DNA of 54,692 bases, taken from positions 1 through 54,692 of the forward strand of contig JAITVQ010000161.1 in the NCBI GenBank assembly GCA_031285745.1, written 5' to 3'. This DNA comes from Puniceicoccales bacterium. Lineage in GTDB: Bacteria > Verrucomicrobiota > Verrucomicrobiia > Opitutales > UBA953. The notes beneath the pieces are model-generated. The model made no database searches, was not told where the DNA came from, and worked only from the letters and a program-made list of their open reading frames with translations. A program made the translations under genes and the position numbers. Positions 26,609 through 36,183 of this stretch are shown here, piece after piece. The stretch's first letter is position 1. Each line of letters begins with the position of its first letter.

Positions 26609-28432
26609 GTGCTGCCGAACATGCCCACTGCCGAACAAGTCCAAACCCTCGCCCAGCGCGGAATCCATGAGGCGGAAATCGCCCACATGCTGGACTGTTC
26701 GCCCGCCACCGTGCGCCGCCTCCTCAAGCCGAGGACGGCCCCGGTGCAGCGGCAGGGGAGGCCAGCGGTGGCCACGTTGACCGACGAGCAGGCCACCGAG
26801 GTCGCCAGCACGGCACTGCGCATGGCGGCAAACACAGATGATACCGTGCCAACGCGGATGGCCTTCCGGCTTTTTGCCGCCGAGTCGCCTAACTGCCCCG
26901 AGGACCTCCGTAAATTCATCCTGGCGCGGGAGCGGTTGCCCGAGGCCATGGTGCGGCAGGTGCGCTCCCGGATCACGCCGGAGCAACTGGAAATGCACCG
27001 GGGCCGCAAGCGATCCAAGTTGCACGTCTTCACGGTGCAGCGCTCGTTGACCCGCCGCGATGAGGAGGGCCACGATCACGACCTGCGAGCGATGGACCTG
27101 ATCACGGCAGACGACGCCCACTTCAACGTCGGGTTCTATTATCCCTGTGACGACGTCCGCATCCCCGGCGTCGAGAAATTTGGCGTGCGGGCCGCCCGGG
27201 CGCAAAATCTGGTCTTTGCCGATATCGCCACCGGGCGCATTATCAGCCAGGCGATCATTGCCCGCTACTCGGACGCCTACAACCAGCGCGACATCCGCTG
27301 GGCCATGATGCGCCTCCTGCGCGATCACGGCGTCCCGCGCTTCGGTTTCTATTTTGAACGCGGTGCCTGGGCATCGCGGGAATTATCCTACGCCTGCGAT
27401 CACATCGGCTCGCCTATCCGCCATGCCTACAGCGCCAAGGGCAAGTCGCTCATCGAGCACAAATTCAACGAGCATCAGCGGGTGATGTCGGCAAAATTGC
27501 GGGTCAACTTCGGACGCACGCGGGGCGAGTTTGACTGGGCAGGCAAGGACTGGTGCGCAGTCCGTGAGGGCAAGGTGCATCCCAGGGAACTCGGTTACCT
27601 GCCCGTCGAGGAATTCATGCAGGTGGTGGATGAAAGCTGGTCCTTCCTGAATGAAATCCCCATGCACGGCCAACTCTATAAAGGCATCCCCGACGAAACC
27701 TGGGAACGCCACCTGGCCGAGGATGAACCCGCCCGCGCTGCCACGGCAGCCGATCTCTGGCAGTTTACGCCGGAGCGCCATGAGGCAACCATCCGGGGCG
27801 GGCAGGTGACCGCGAAGTGCTCCGACTCCGGGATTGTCTACTATTTCACTGCACCCTGGTTTGCCGCCCTGGGCAACGGTTACAAGGTGACCGTTTGCTT
27901 CGACCCGAGCGATCCGGAGCGTGCCGCCATCATCAACCGCGAAATCGGAGCCCGAGCCAAGGTGCGCGGGCACGTCTGCAGCCATGCGCCGGAACTCGCC
28001 GCGCAGTGGAACGATGCGCAGATGTCCCAGGGGCTGCGGTTCGGGGAGTTGATCGGCGTCGCGGAATTCAACGAGCGCTCGCCCTTCATCAATGAGGACT
28101 GGAAGTCGCTGCGCACAACCCTGAAAAAGCGGAGCGAATACTACCGATACTCCCGGATGCTCTACCGCCAACTGGTCCCAGGCCGCCGTCGCGGGGCTTA
28201 CGCGGACGAATGGCGCAACGGCAAGGGCGATGCCTCGCGTATGGAAGTCGGCACCACCGCTCCGGTCGAAATCACCAGCAGCAGCCGGATCACGACGGCC
28301 CCGGCCAATCCAACCACCGTGCGTGGCCTCGGCCTGCACGATATCCCGCGCATCGATCGCGAGTCCGTCGCGGTGCCGTCGCAGGGTGATCGCAGGCCAA
28401 CCGTAGCCGAGGAGCTTTTCGGCAAATTCTAA
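26609..28432 (+). CDS. Mu A-like DDE transposase
   Basis: 607 aa. It has an N-terminal HTH (IAHMLDCSPATVRRLL). Candidate DDE residues lie in AMDLITADD, LVFADIATGRI and FYFERGAW. The gene is followed directly by a MuB-like ATPase. The start is GTG at 26609 or ATG at 26621. Confidence 0.75.
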   Translation: MLPNMPTAEQVQTLAQRGIHEAEIAHMLDCSPATVRRLLKPRTAPVQRQGRPAVATLTDEQATEVASTALRMAANTDDTVPTRMAFRLFAAESPNCPEDLRKFILARERLPEAMVRQVRSRITPEQLEMHRGRKRSKLHVFTVQRSLTRRDEEGHDHDLRAMDLITADDAHFNVGFYYPCDDVRIPGVEKFGVRAARAQNLVFADIATGRIISQAIIARYSDAYNQRDIRWAMMRLLRDHGVPRFGFYFERGAWASRELSYACDHIGSPIRHAYSAKGKSLIEHKFNEHQRVMSAKLRVNFGRTRGEFDWAGKDWCAVREGKVHPRELGYLPVEEFMQVVDESWSFLNEIPMHGQLYKGIPDETWERHLAEDEPARAATAADLWQFTPERHEATIRGGQVTAKCSDSGIVYYFTAPWFAALGNGYKVTVCFDPSDPERAAIINREIGARAKVRGHVCSHAPELAAQWNDAQMSQGLRFGELIGVAEFNERSPFINEDWKSLRTTLKKRSEYYRYSRMLYRQLVPGRRRGAYADEWRNGKGDASRMEVGTTAPVEITSSSRITTAPANPTTVRGLGLHDIPRIDRESVAVPSQGDRRPTVAEELFGKF

Positions 28433-28509
28433 TTTCCCAAAGGAAAGCCCCGCATCGTTGAAGCGATGCGGGGCCACAGAAAACGAACGATACAAACTAA
28501 AGAAACCAC

Positions 28510-29526
28510 ATGAAAGCTACCGACCCTGGCATTGTCAATGCCGCAATCATCTCCGAGGAGTTGGATCACTTGATCGCTCGCGTTGAGCGTCATCAACACA
28601 ACCTCGGACTCAACGATACGAAGTTTGTGGCGCGATATTCCCGCCACCTGAAAACGGTCGACTCCTGGTCGCGGACGTTGAAACGCCGCGACGCCGAGCG
28701 CCTCACAAAAAACAACATCCCGAAATGGACCGAGACGCTTCGCAAGCTGGTCGCGGAAATCGACGGGGCCAGCGAGATGGAGGTTGTCTACGAAAGCCTG
28801 CCCATCCTGCGCTGCGCCGAGCAGCTTTACGAACGGCTGCAGGGAGCCAATAATGATCGCCGGGTCGCCTGGCTGATCGGCCCTACCGGCATCGGGAAAA
28901 GCATGTCGATGCGTTACCTCAAGCGGCACAACCCCCGCGATACGGCCTATACCAAGGTGACCCCGCTGTGGAAGGATAACAAGCGCAGCATCGCCCGAGG
29001 ACTGGCCACCGCGATCGGAACCACGACCGAGCACGGCTCATCGGCCACGCTGGACCATGTAATCGAGCACTTGAAGGGAGCGCCACTTACACTGCTTCTG
29101 GATGAAGTCCACGAAGGCGGCGTGCTGCTTTTCAAGATTATCAAGACGCTGGTGGATGAGACGCCCGTGCGGGTGATGCTCTCGACCTGGCCGACCAGTT
29201 ACCGCCGCCTGGTCAACGGCAGCAGCGAAGCCCTCAGCGAGGCGCAACAACTGCTCGGGCGCTCACTGCGGCCCATCTATATGCAATGGGCGCAGGGTGT
29301 GCGCGAGGAGGACATCATTGCCTTCCTGAAGGTCGCCACGCCGGAGATCAATGACGAGCAACGCCCGCTCCTGGCCAAGCATGTAGCGCTCCCGGTCAAG
29401 AAGCTGGGGCTCCGCCTGCTCGCCGATGTGATCGAAGCCGCCCGTGCCCTGGCTGATGCCAAGGATGCAAACCTTACCCACGAAACCATCAAAACGGTCT
29501 TTGAGGAGATGGCCGCAGAAATTTAA
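28510..29526 (+). CDS. MuB-like AAA+ ATPase (transposition target DNA activator)
   Basis: 338 aa with Walker A GPTGIGKS and Walker B LLLDEVHE. It lies immediately downstream of the transposase. Confidence 0.8.
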   Translation: MKATDPGIVNAAIISEELDHLIARVERHQHNLGLNDTKFVARYSRHLKTVDSWSRTLKRRDAERLTKNNIPKWTETLRKLVAEIDGASEMEVVYESLPILRCAEQLYERLQGANNDRRVAWLIGPTGIGKSMSMRYLKRHNPRDTAYTKVTPLWKDNKRSIARGLATAIGTTTEHGSSATLDHVIEHLKGAPLTLLLDEVHEGGVLLFKIIKTLVDETPVRVMLSTWPTSYRRLVNGSSEALSEAQQLLGRSLRPIYMQWAQGVREEDIIAFLKVATPEINDEQRPLLAKHVALPVKKLGLRLLADVIEAARALADAKDANLTHETIKTVFEEMAAEI

Positions 29527-29530
29527 CATC

Positions 29531-29815
29531 ATGACTACTCCTAAACCCTCACTTCGTAAAAGAATCGCGGCTGCCCGCGAAGCTGCAGCAGACTGGAATA
29601 CCGCCAATCCAATCGGCACCCTGGTGGAATATACGCCACTCTCCAGCGCCAGCCTTGATGTCGAGCGCTGCAAAACCCGCACCCTGGCATGGGTGTTGGA
29701 AAGCGGCTACGCCGTTGTCGCCCTGGAAGGCCGCCCCGGTGGCGTGAGCATCAACCACTGCAGGGTGGTAGTAGCGCAGGCTTCCAGCCTGCAGAAAGGA
29801 GATGATGCGAAATGA
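29531..29815 (+). CDS. Hypothetical early protein
   Basis: 94 aa from the ATG at 29531, 5 nt after the MuB stop. Confidence 0.45.
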   Translation: MTTPKPSLRKRIAAAREAAADWNTANPIGTLVEYTPLSSASLDVERCKTRTLAWVLESGYAVVALEGRPGGVSINHCRVVVAQASSLQKGDDAK

Positions 29816-30204
29816 TGATCCCGGTTTATATCCTTGCGGTGATAGGAATCGTCTGTGTTGGATTTTTCCTATTCGCGATCGCTACCGCCCTTGGTGAGCA
29901 AATCAATTCCGGTCTTTGGAGTTATGGTTCTGTTTTACGAAGCCATATTTCCGGCTTCGGGTGGAAACTCGAACGCGCCCGATTTCTCCGAAAATTCGAG
30001 AAACAGTCCGAGCAAATCAAGATACTCCAAGAGCAAGTAAAACTCCATGGTGAATTCCGCGTGGAGGCTGACAATCGACTCTTTGCGCAGATGGATCGTA
30101 TCAGAAAATTCATCAATAACTGTCGGATTAATCGAGGCAGGAAACCTTCGTGCAATTTAAACCGTAGGCTGGAGAAATTCCTAAACAAAGGGGTATGGAA
30201 ATGA
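29812..30204 (+). CDS. Small membrane-anchored coiled-coil protein
   Basis: 130 aa with an N-terminal TM segment (IPVYILAVIGIVCVGFFLFAIATAL). It is lower in GC than its neighbours and overlaps the upstream stop by ATGA. Confidence 0.5.
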   Translation: MMIPVYILAVIGIVCVGFFLFAIATALGEQINSGLWSYGSVLRSHISGFGWKLERARFLRKFEKQSEQIKILQEQVKLHGEFRVEADNRLFAQMDRIRKFINNCRINRGRKPSCNLNRRLEKFLNKGVWK

Positions 30205-30416
30205 GTAACGATCGCGAGACATTACTTGCCCAGGCATCCGAGGCCGCCCTCGATCTCAAGCATCATGCCAGTGCCTTGAGTGAAAGCCTGGACGCGGGAG
30301 ACATGGAAGCAGCCGAACGTCGCTTGGAAAATATGAACGCGGCGCTGGCTGATTTGCTCCGCTACTGCGAGGCGCTTCGTCGCCTCGCCAACCCCGAGGA
30401 GGTCGGACGTCCATGA
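30195..30416 (+). CDS. Small helical hypothetical protein
   Basis: 73 aa, translationally coupled with its neighbours. Confidence 0.45.
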   Translation: MEMSNDRETLLAQASEAALDLKHHASALSESLDAGDMEAAERRLENMNAALADLLRYCEALRRLANPEEVGRP

Positions 30417-30619
30417 ACCTTACACAGCCGACCTTTGGATATTCCTACGAGTGCGCGAGTGGCTGCATTTCCCGCATGGTCTCGGACAAGCCCATGGGAC
30501 GCTGTAAAGTTCCGGTCGTGATCGTCCCGCAGGAGGTTTTCGACGGACTACAAGGACAGATCGCCTCGCTGGAATATCAACTCGAAACCCTGAAAAAATC
30601 CACCCCCGACCAACCATGA
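30413..30619 (+). CDS. Small hypothetical protein
   Basis: 68 aa with ATGA overlaps on both sides. Confidence 0.45.
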   Translation: MNLTQPTFGYSYECASGCISRMVSDKPMGRCKVPVVIVPQEVFDGLQGQIASLEYQLETLKKSTPDQP

Positions 30620-30936
30620 TCCTCAACAATATAGAACTGGAAGCCTTGAGGCGGCAGGTAGAAGCCCTCACCACTGAGCGGGATCGCCTGCGGGAACGGA
30701 TCATCTGGGCACAGGGCGACAATGTCGACCAGCTCACCTTTATCCCGGTTACCGAACGGGCACCCGATTGCAACCACTTCCTGGCGTTGGTCCGGTACTA
30801 CGAGGATGTCGTGGAGGTCCTTCTCACGCCTTATGCTCAAGGGACCATTTTTCAGACGGTGGCGCATGGCACCATCTGTTCCAGCCAGATCACCCATTGG
30901 CGTCCCATCATAAGGAAGGACGAGACAGTATGCTAA
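30616..30936 (+). CDS. Hypothetical protein (DUF551-like?)
   Basis: 106 aa. An N-terminal coiled coil is followed by FIPVTERAPD...ITHWRPI, which is reminiscent of DUF551. Confidence 0.4.
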   Translation: MILNNIELEALRRQVEALTTERDRLRERIIWAQGDNVDQLTFIPVTERAPDCNHFLALVRYYEDVVEVLLTPYAQGTIFQTVAHGTICSSQITHWRPIIRKDETVC

Positions 30937-31250
30937 CCGCATTTAATCGTCCGACGCTGGAAGCGATCGTCGCCGCGTGCGCACGCGGGTTTGCCGTCAG
31001 CCATGATGCTTTGCTCGGGCGTAGCCGCCGAGGAAACCTTCCGGTGGCTCGTCACGCAATTGTTAGGCTCGCGAGGTACTACGGCTACACCCAACGCGAG
31101 ATCGGTGCGGAACTCAACCGCGTCGTCAGCACCATTACCAAGTCGGAGCAGGTGGCCGATGATCTGCACGACACCTCCGCTGCATGGCGCAACTGCTATG
31201 CCACTGCAGTGGCCACATTTCACACATCAACCAACACTACCCATGGCTAA
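30930..31250 (+). CDS. DnaA domain IV-like HTH protein
   Basis: 106 aa from the ATG at 30930. The sequence HDALLGRSRRGNLPVARHAIVRLARYYGYTQREIGAELNRVVSTITKSEQ resembles the DnaA C-terminal DNA-binding domain (R...a.aRqiamyL.r..t..s...IG..fgrdHsTV). Confidence 0.55.
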   Translation: MLTAFNRPTLEAIVAACARGFAVSHDALLGRSRRGNLPVARHAIVRLARYYGYTQREIGAELNRVVSTITKSEQVADDLHDTSAAWRNCYATAVATFHTSTNTTHG

Positions 31251-31776
31251 AGAAATCAAAATCAAGACCACAAATGAATTCATCGACACGGTCGACACTA
31301 TCGCCCAGAAGAGCGTGCAGCTCACGCAACTGGAAGCGACCCGCGATCGCGAAATCCAGGATGTGCAGGAGCGGCACAAGGGCGGCATTGAGCCGCTGAA
31401 AAAAGAAATCAAGGCATTGACCTCCACGGCGAAGATTTACGCCGAGGACCACCGCACCGAATTGTTCCATGATGCGAGCGCGAAGCGGGCCAAAACGGGT
31501 CTGTGCACCTACGGTCTGATCGTTAACCCGCCCGCGATCAAGAACCGGGGCAAGGCATTCCCGGACGAACGCTGCATCGACCTGCTCAAGCAGAATCGCC
31601 GCCTGGTACGTTTTGTCCGCACCCGGGAGGAAATCGACCGAGAGGCGTTGTTGGCCGCCTATAGCGACGGCGAAATCACCGCCGAGGACCTGGCTGATGT
31701 CGGCCTCAAGCGTGATCAGGATATCCGTTTCGACGTGAAGCCTCTCGTCGACAGCGGCGACAAGGCAACGGCGTAA
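31243..31776 (+). CDS. gam: Mu Gam-like host-nuclease inhibitor
   Basis: 177 aa from the ATG at 31243. It has an N-terminal coiled coil, and RFVRTREEIDREALL aligns with RFIRTKQEINKEAIL of Mu Gam. Confidence 0.8.
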   Translation: MAKEIKIKTTNEFIDTVDTIAQKSVQLTQLEATRDREIQDVQERHKGGIEPLKKEIKALTSTAKIYAEDHRTELFHDASAKRAKTGLCTYGLIVNPPAIKNRGKAFPDERCIDLLKQNRRLVRFVRTREEIDREALLAAYSDGEITAEDLADVGLKRDQDIRFDVKPLVDSGDKATA

Positions 31777-31797
31777 TCAACCCAAATCTCCCCACCC

Positions 31798-32202
31798 ATG
31801 AAACAAAAGAAAAACATCTTCCCGGTCACAGCGGTCATCATCAATTTCTCGGCGATATGCCTTCTGCTGATTTCCGCACAGCCAGAGGGCATTCAAGGGC
31901 TTGGAAATATCGTTATCCTCTATGCCAATGTCCTCCTTATTTCTAGCCTCGCTTGCCTGTTTGCTCCCGAGAAAACCCTCAAGGAGGCTCTTAAAAAAGA
32001 GATACCATATTTGGTTAAAATCCCAGGTGAGGTCTGGGACTTTTGCAAAATCCTCCTTGCGCTGATCTCTGCCTATTATGGCTGGTGGTGGTGCTGCTTC
32101 TGCTTCGCCTGTGCTTGGATTTTCATCGCAAGCTGGAGAAAGCGAAGGAACGACCTCCGGGATGCCATGGAGAAAAGTGGGGAACTCCAACCCAGCGCAT
32201 AG
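31798..32202 (+). CDS. Small integral membrane protein
   Basis: 134 aa with 3-4 hydrophobic segments, including YYGWWWCCFCFACAWIFIASW. Low GC. Confidence 0.5.
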   Translation: MKQKKNIFPVTAVIINFSAICLLLISAQPEGIQGLGNIVILYANVLLISSLACLFAPEKTLKEALKKEIPYLVKIPGEVWDFCKILLALISAYYGWWWCCFCFACAWIFIASWRKRRNDLRDAMEKSGELQPSA

Positions 32203-32204
32203 CC

Positions 32205-32444
32205 ATGGCCCGCACAGACCCTTGCTGCAAACTAATGTTCGCCTCCTTTGTTTCACCATGGCGGTGGACGTTCGCGATCCTTCCCAAGCGCACGCTGGAT
32301 GGGCGTCTGATCTGGCTTATGCCGATCATGACCTGCCGCGCCCATCTCCACGAATGGCTGACTCCACGAGTCAGAGACGAGTGGAATGTTTATTGGTTCC
32401 CGTGGGGATACCGCAAAACGAACCCGGAGGTGCGCCATGGCTGA
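32205..32444 (+). CDS. Small hypothetical protein
   Basis: 79 aa from the ATG at 32205. It overlaps the next gene by 8 nt. Weak support. Confidence 0.3.
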   Translation: MARTDPCCKLMFASFVSPWRWTFAILPKRTLDGRLIWLMPIMTCRAHLHEWLTPRVRDEWNVYWFPWGYRKTNPEVRHG

Positions 32445-33438
32445 GACAACCATTGGCTGGACCGTGACCGTGTTAGCTGATGGGACGATTCTCCCAGGCT
32501 ACACCTTTAACCCGTGGATCGGCTGCACCAAGGTTTCTGCAGGATGCGGATTCTGCTATGCCGAGGCGCAAGATCGTTTCCGCAATTGGACACCGGAGGG
32601 ATGGGGGCCAGGGAGACCGAGGCGACGTACCAACAAGCTATATTGGGAAAACCCACTCGTCTGGAATCAAGGAGCGAGAAATAAGGGCGTACGGTTAAAA
32701 GTATTCTGCGCCTCGCTTGCGGACTGGTTGGATCATGAGGTTCCGATCGAATGGCTGGCCGACTTGCTTGATCTTATTCGCCGGACGCCTCACCTCGACT
32801 GGTTATTGCTGACCAAGAGGCCGGAGAATTTCAAAGAGAGGATGTTGGCGGCACTCCGCCATAATGAAAACAATGGCGGTTCCGAAGAACTTCATGCGTG
32901 GCTTCTCGATTGGGTGACAGGAACCCCACCGTCAAACGTCTGGATCGGCACAACCGTCGAGAATCAAGAAATGGCAGATAAGCGCATCCCGGAGTTGTTA
33001 GATATTCCGGCTAAGGTTCATTTCTTGTCATGTGAACCAATGCTCGGCCACGTGACCATCTCCAATTTTGTCGAATCGGAGATATTAGCATACGCTGGAA
33101 GCTCCCCAGAGTTTGATTGCTGGCAGCCGCACCCATCAAAAAAATGGGTAATTTGCGGGGGAGCCAGTGGCACACAGGAGCAACCATTCTGCGTCGAGTT
33201 TGCCGATGATCTGCGGCGACAATGCAAGGCATCCGGTGTGCCGTTTTTCATGAAACAGATGGGGTCGAATCCCGTCACGTCCAACGCCAATCTATACGAT
33301 TGGCCCGATCACGTGGAGTTCATCGATTACAGCTCTTTCGCCGCTAGTGCAAAAATTCACCTCCGTCACCGCAAGGGCGAGGACATCAACGAATGGCCCG
33401 AGGAATTTCAAGTCCGAGAATTCCCCGCCGTTGCATAA
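32437..33438 (+). CDS. DUF5131 (phage Gp37/Gp68) family three-Cys-motif protein
   Basis: 333 aa from the ATG at 32437. The N-terminus TIGWT...NPWIGCTKVSAGCGFCYAE matches the family hallmark (IEWT..tWNPv.GC...S.GC..CYA). Confidence 0.75.
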   Translation: MAETTIGWTVTVLADGTILPGYTFNPWIGCTKVSAGCGFCYAEAQDRFRNWTPEGWGPGRPRRRTNKLYWENPLVWNQGARNKGVRLKVFCASLADWLDHEVPIEWLADLLDLIRRTPHLDWLLLTKRPENFKERMLAALRHNENNGGSEELHAWLLDWVTGTPPSNVWIGTTVENQEMADKRIPELLDIPAKVHFLSCEPMLGHVTISNFVESEILAYAGSSPEFDCWQPHPSKKWVICGGASGTQEQPFCVEFADDLRRQCKASGVPFFMKQMGSNPVTSNANLYDWPDHVEFIDYSSFAASAKIHLRHRKGEDINEWPEEFQVREFPAVA

Positions 33439-33440
33439 CC

Positions 33441-34316
33441 ATGGAAACGACGCTCTGGAACGTATCGGCAACTCCGTTCAATTTTCTCTCGCTGGGCGGT
33501 GGAGTTCAGTCGTCGACAATGGCTCTTATGACAGCCCACGGCTTGATTGAGCCAACGCCGAATGCCGCGATCTTCGCCGATACCCAGGTCGAGCCGAGGT
33601 CGGTTTATATCTGGCTTGATTGGCTACGGTCAGAAATAGCCCGTTCTCCTCGTCCGTTCCCAGTCTATACTGTTACTAATGGTAATTTGATGGAGCGTGC
33701 TCTAACAATACACACTGCCAAGGATGGCCGAAGATACACAAGGTCCGACGTTCCCACTTTCCTCATAAATGCTAATGGCGAAAAAGGCATGATCCCAAAT
33801 CGTGCCTGTACTGGCGACTTCAAGATTAAGCCCATTTTGAAAAAGGTTCGTGAACTGGCAGGCATTAAACGGGGACAAAAGGAAATTACAGTCACGCAAT
33901 GGATAGGGATTTCATGGGATGAAATGCAGCGAGCAAAACTGTCCCGTGACAAATGGTGTCAGAATCGCTGGCCACTCATTGAGAGAAAAATGACCCGGGC
34001 GATGTGCCTTGCCTGGATGAAAGCGCGGGGCTATCCGCAGCCTCCCCGCTCGGCTTGTTCCTTTTGTCCATTTCACAATGACACAGAGTGGCGTCGCCTC
34101 AAGCTGGAGGAACCGGAGGCTTTTGCCCAAGCTGTCTATTTTGACCGACGCTTGAGAGCCTTAAAGGCGGAAACTAACAACTTCCGCTCTATCCCGTTCG
34201 TTCATCCGAGTCTCAAACCACTTGATGAGGTCGATTTCTCAAACGAGGAAGACCGGGGACAGCTTAACCTGTGGCAAGATTTCAACGTCGAATGTGAAGG
34301 GATGTGCGGAGTATAA
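33441..34316 (+). CDS. PAPS reductase-like PP-loop ATPase family protein
   Basis: 291 aa from the ATG at 33441. It has the PP-loop-like motif LSLGGGVQSSTMAL near the N-terminus and a C-terminal Cys pair, CSFCPFH. Confidence 0.7.
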   Translation: METTLWNVSATPFNFLSLGGGVQSSTMALMTAHGLIEPTPNAAIFADTQVEPRSVYIWLDWLRSEIARSPRPFPVYTVTNGNLMERALTIHTAKDGRRYTRSDVPTFLINANGEKGMIPNRACTGDFKIKPILKKVRELAGIKRGQKEITVTQWIGISWDEMQRAKLSRDKWCQNRWPLIERKMTRAMCLAWMKARGYPQPPRSACSFCPFHNDTEWRRLKLEEPEAFAQAVYFDRRLRALKAETNNFRSIPFVHPSLKPLDEVDFSNEEDRGQLNLWQDFNVECEGMCGV

Positions 34317-34318
34317 TT

Positions 34319-34780
34319 ATGGCCAGCCTCTCCAACGATGACAAACGCGCCTTGGGTAAATTGGCAAACCAGGCATGGAAAGGCATGCCAGAGACCGAAC
34401 GCCAGGCGATTATCGACCAGGCCAGTACGGCCTACAACGACCCACTGGGCGTTTGTAAGTCGGTAGCGTTCACATGGTGGCGGCACCGGGTCCAGGTCTC
34501 GGTGACAGGCAAGTCATCAATGCTGGTCATGGATGAGGACGATTTCGCTAAAATGAAAATACACTGGCTCCGCCTTTTGAAGACACAGGGAGACCAGACC
34601 GCCATCCTCGAAAACAAGGCCAGGCAATACCGCTGGCTGATTCGTCAGGAATGCCTGAAGCGCGGGCACAACTTTCCCGAATATATCAATAAAATCTGTC
34701 GGGATCAATACCGCTGCACCATCGACGCCGCCACACTCCCGCAACTGAGGCGGCTTCTGATCACCATGCATAAACGCTAA
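34319..34780 (+). CDS. GemA/Mu gp16-like regulatory protein (tentative)
   Basis: 153 aa from the ATG at 34319. The C-terminal pattern ...CTIDAATLPQLRRLLITMHKR is similar to DUF1018 proteins. Confidence 0.35.
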   Translation: MASLSNDDKRALGKLANQAWKGMPETERQAIIDQASTAYNDPLGVCKSVAFTWWRHRVQVSVTGKSSMLVMDEDDFAKMKIHWLRLLKTQGDQTAILENKARQYRWLIRQECLKRGHNFPEYINKICRDQYRCTIDAATLPQLRRLLITMHKR

Positions 34781-34782
34781 AA

Positions 34783-36183
34783 ATGAGAAAATCACAGCAG
34801 CAGGAAATGACATTTATTGACCGGGTGCCTCCGCACAACCTGGAGGCCGAGCAAGGGTTGCTGGCCAGCGTTATCATCGACGGTGGAGGCGACATCCTCA
34901 GCCAGTGTTTAACCCGGAAAATCCGGGCCGATTACTTTTTCTCATCCAGTCACCAGTTGATCTTCTCCGCGCTGGTCGAACTCAGCAATAAGGGCACCGG
35001 CATCGACGAAATTACCATTTGTGAAGAATTGCGGACCAGTAATAGCCTGGAGGCTGCAGGTGGCCCGGCCTATATCAACGAACTGACCAACCGGATCGAA
35101 GTCACCGCCCACGCGATCCACTGGCTGGAAATTGTCCGCGAAAAGTATTTTCTGCGGAAGCTGATCAGCACCGCAGTCGTTACCGTCGAACGTGCCTATA
35201 AATCCGGCGACGATCTCGACCACCTGCTCGACTCGGTTGAGCACAGTTTCTTCGAGATCAGCCAGGACCGCATCACTGATACCGCCCAGCACATCCGTGG
35301 CTCAATTGGGGAGGCCGTGGATATGGTCCATTTTCTCAAGGAAAACAAGGGGGCCATTACCGGAGTCCCGACTGGGTTTCCAGACCTGGATCGGCTGTGT
35401 TTTGGGTTCCATCCCGGCCAGATGATCGTGGTGGCCGCCCGTCCGGGCATGGGAAAAACCTCGATCGCTTTGAATTTTGTCGAGGCGGCACTATTTCCCA
35501 GGCACCGGGAGCCGATCCCCACGTTGATGTTCAGCCTGGAAATGCCCTCCCGCGAACTGGCCATGCGCCTCCTGTGCTCCCGATCCCGGGTAGACGTGCG
35601 GCGAGTCCGTGACGGTTTTGTTGATCGCGGGCAGTTGCTGGAGATTGAGAAGGTATCCAGGGAATACCAGGACATCCCCTTTTTCGTCGATGACGCGGGT
35701 GGCCAGAATATCCTGGAGATCAGAGCCAAGGCCCGCCGCCTGCACCAGCAGCACAAGCTGGGCCTGATCATCATCGACTACCTGCAGTTGATCAACGGCA
35801 CCGACAGCAGCGTTAATCGTGAGCAGCAGATCGCCGAGGCATCCCGGAGCATCAAGGCCATGGCGAAGGAATTCGGGTTGCCGATCGTCGCCCTGGCACA
35901 ACTCAACCGCAAGAGCGAGGATGAGAACCGTGCCCCCCGCATGTCTGACCTGCGCGAGTCGGGGTCGATCGAGCAGGACGCCGACATGGTCCTCCTCATT
36001 GACCGCCGCCGTCGTGGCACGAAAAAGGCCGCCAAGGACGGCGAAGAAGAGGAGGCCGAGGTTAACCCTGGCATCGTCGAACGGGACCTCATTGTCGCCA
36101 AGCAACGCAACGGCCCCACAGGCGAGATCCCGCTTCTATTTAACCGGAGCCTTACGCGCTTCGAAACCCCGGCAGCAAAGTGA
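34783..36183 (+). CDS. dnaB: Replicative DNA helicase DnaB
   Basis: 466 aa. The N-terminus PPHNLEAEQGLLASVIIDG is canonical. It also has Walker A ARPGMGKTS, Walker B LIIIDYLQL and the SGSIEQDADMV motif. Confidence 0.95.
   Translation: MRKSQQQEMTFIDRVPPHNLEAEQGLLASVIIDGGGDILSQCLTRKIRADYFFSSSHQLIFSALVELSNKGTGIDEITICEELRTSNSLEAAGGPAYINELTNRIEVTAHAIHWLEIVREKYFLRKLISTAVVTVERAYKSGDDLDHLLDSVEHSFFEISQDRITDTAQHIRGSIGEAVDMVHFLKENKGAITGVPTGFPDLDRLCFGFHPGQMIVVAARPGMGKTSIALNFVEAALFPRHREPIPTLMFSLEMPSRELAMRLLCSRSRVDVRRVRDGFVDRGQLLEIEKVSREYQDIPFFVDDAGGQNILEIRAKARRLHQQHKLGLIIIDYLQLINGTDSSVNREQQIAEASRSIKAMAKEFGLPIVALAQLNRKSEDENRAPRMSDLRESGSIEQDADMVLLIDRRRRGTKKAAKDGEEEEAEVNPGIVERDLIVAKQRNGPTGEIPLLFNRSLTRFETPAAK

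Noticed and set aside
26009-28495. 439-aa and 370-aa - strand ORFs (26009..27328 and 27383..28495)
   Set aside because: They are antisense to the transposase and the upstream early gene. They have shadow-ORF composition and no motifs.
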